Below are positions 63,541-64,000 of a stretch of DNA of 64,000 nucleotides, in pieces. Position numbers and translations under genes: made by a program. The DNA is from Octopus vulgaris. Lineage: Eukaryota. Every line of letters begins with the position of its first letter. Position 1 is the stretch's first letter. Location of the stretch: NCBI GenBank assembly GCA_951406725.2, contig OX597826.1, forward strand, positions 61,628,001-61,692,000, written 5' to 3'. The notes under the pieces are model-generated. The model did no database searches, was not told the DNA's origin, and saw only the letters and a list, made by a program, of their open reading frames with translations.

Positions 63541-64000
63541 TCACTCAGATGATGTTCACACTGAATATCTGGTGCCTCAAACTCACTGATTTGATAGGCT
63601 TCAGCTATGTTTAATGTCCGCTCTCCTGAAAAAAAAAATTAAAAAAAAGAAAACCAACCAAGAAACCATTAATTGTTATCCGCCATTTATAATTACCAGT
63701 CAGCCCTATATTTATACTCTAGTTTTACTGATTCCTTAATTTCTATTCTTGCATTCTTTTATTCTTGACTAAAACCATAAAAAACAAAAAAAGAAACCCA
63801 TGCTTCCCCAATTCTAATCCGTAAATCCTTTATTTATTCCTTTATATCAATTCTCTAATAATTTATATTCTTTCAAATTGCTATTAATTTATTTCTTTAT
63901 TTCTAACCAACCCATAAAATAACAATATTATTCTGTCATATTATTCAAATATTATTAATTTTTTTCATTAAAAAAAGAAAAAAAAAAAAATTTTATTCCT

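Overview
Repeat-dense, AT-rich eukaryotic DNA. The SINE families and the (TA)n/(CA)n/(TACA)n/(ATT)n content suggest a coleoid cephalopod such as Octopus (inference). Nearly all ORF-track entries are microsatellite or antisense artefacts. One host gene can be built by hand although the ORF track misses it: four phase-compatible GT-AG exons on the + strand (18373-27407) encoding a Cys-patterned, probably secreted and GPI-anchored protein with a VNTR-encoded Ser/Thr stalk; its first exon was not located. The rest is mobile DNA. There are at least 8 R4/Dong-like restriction-like-endonuclease (RLE) non-LTR retrotransposon pieces, including a young 5'-truncated copy between ~4.2 kb and ~1.95 kb (ATT)n arrays and a near full-length family set in (TACA)n. 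Also present are Tx1/L1-like, Gypsy and Penelope-like (GIY-YIG) fragments, at least four tRNA-derived SINE families, mariner-type MITEs and many fold-back inverted duplications. Several short elements carry hammerhead-ribozyme (HHR) motifs, one of them joined to a tRNA-like head. The standout theme is a set of microsatellite-targeting retroelements, one sitting in extremely long arrays of its own target repeat.
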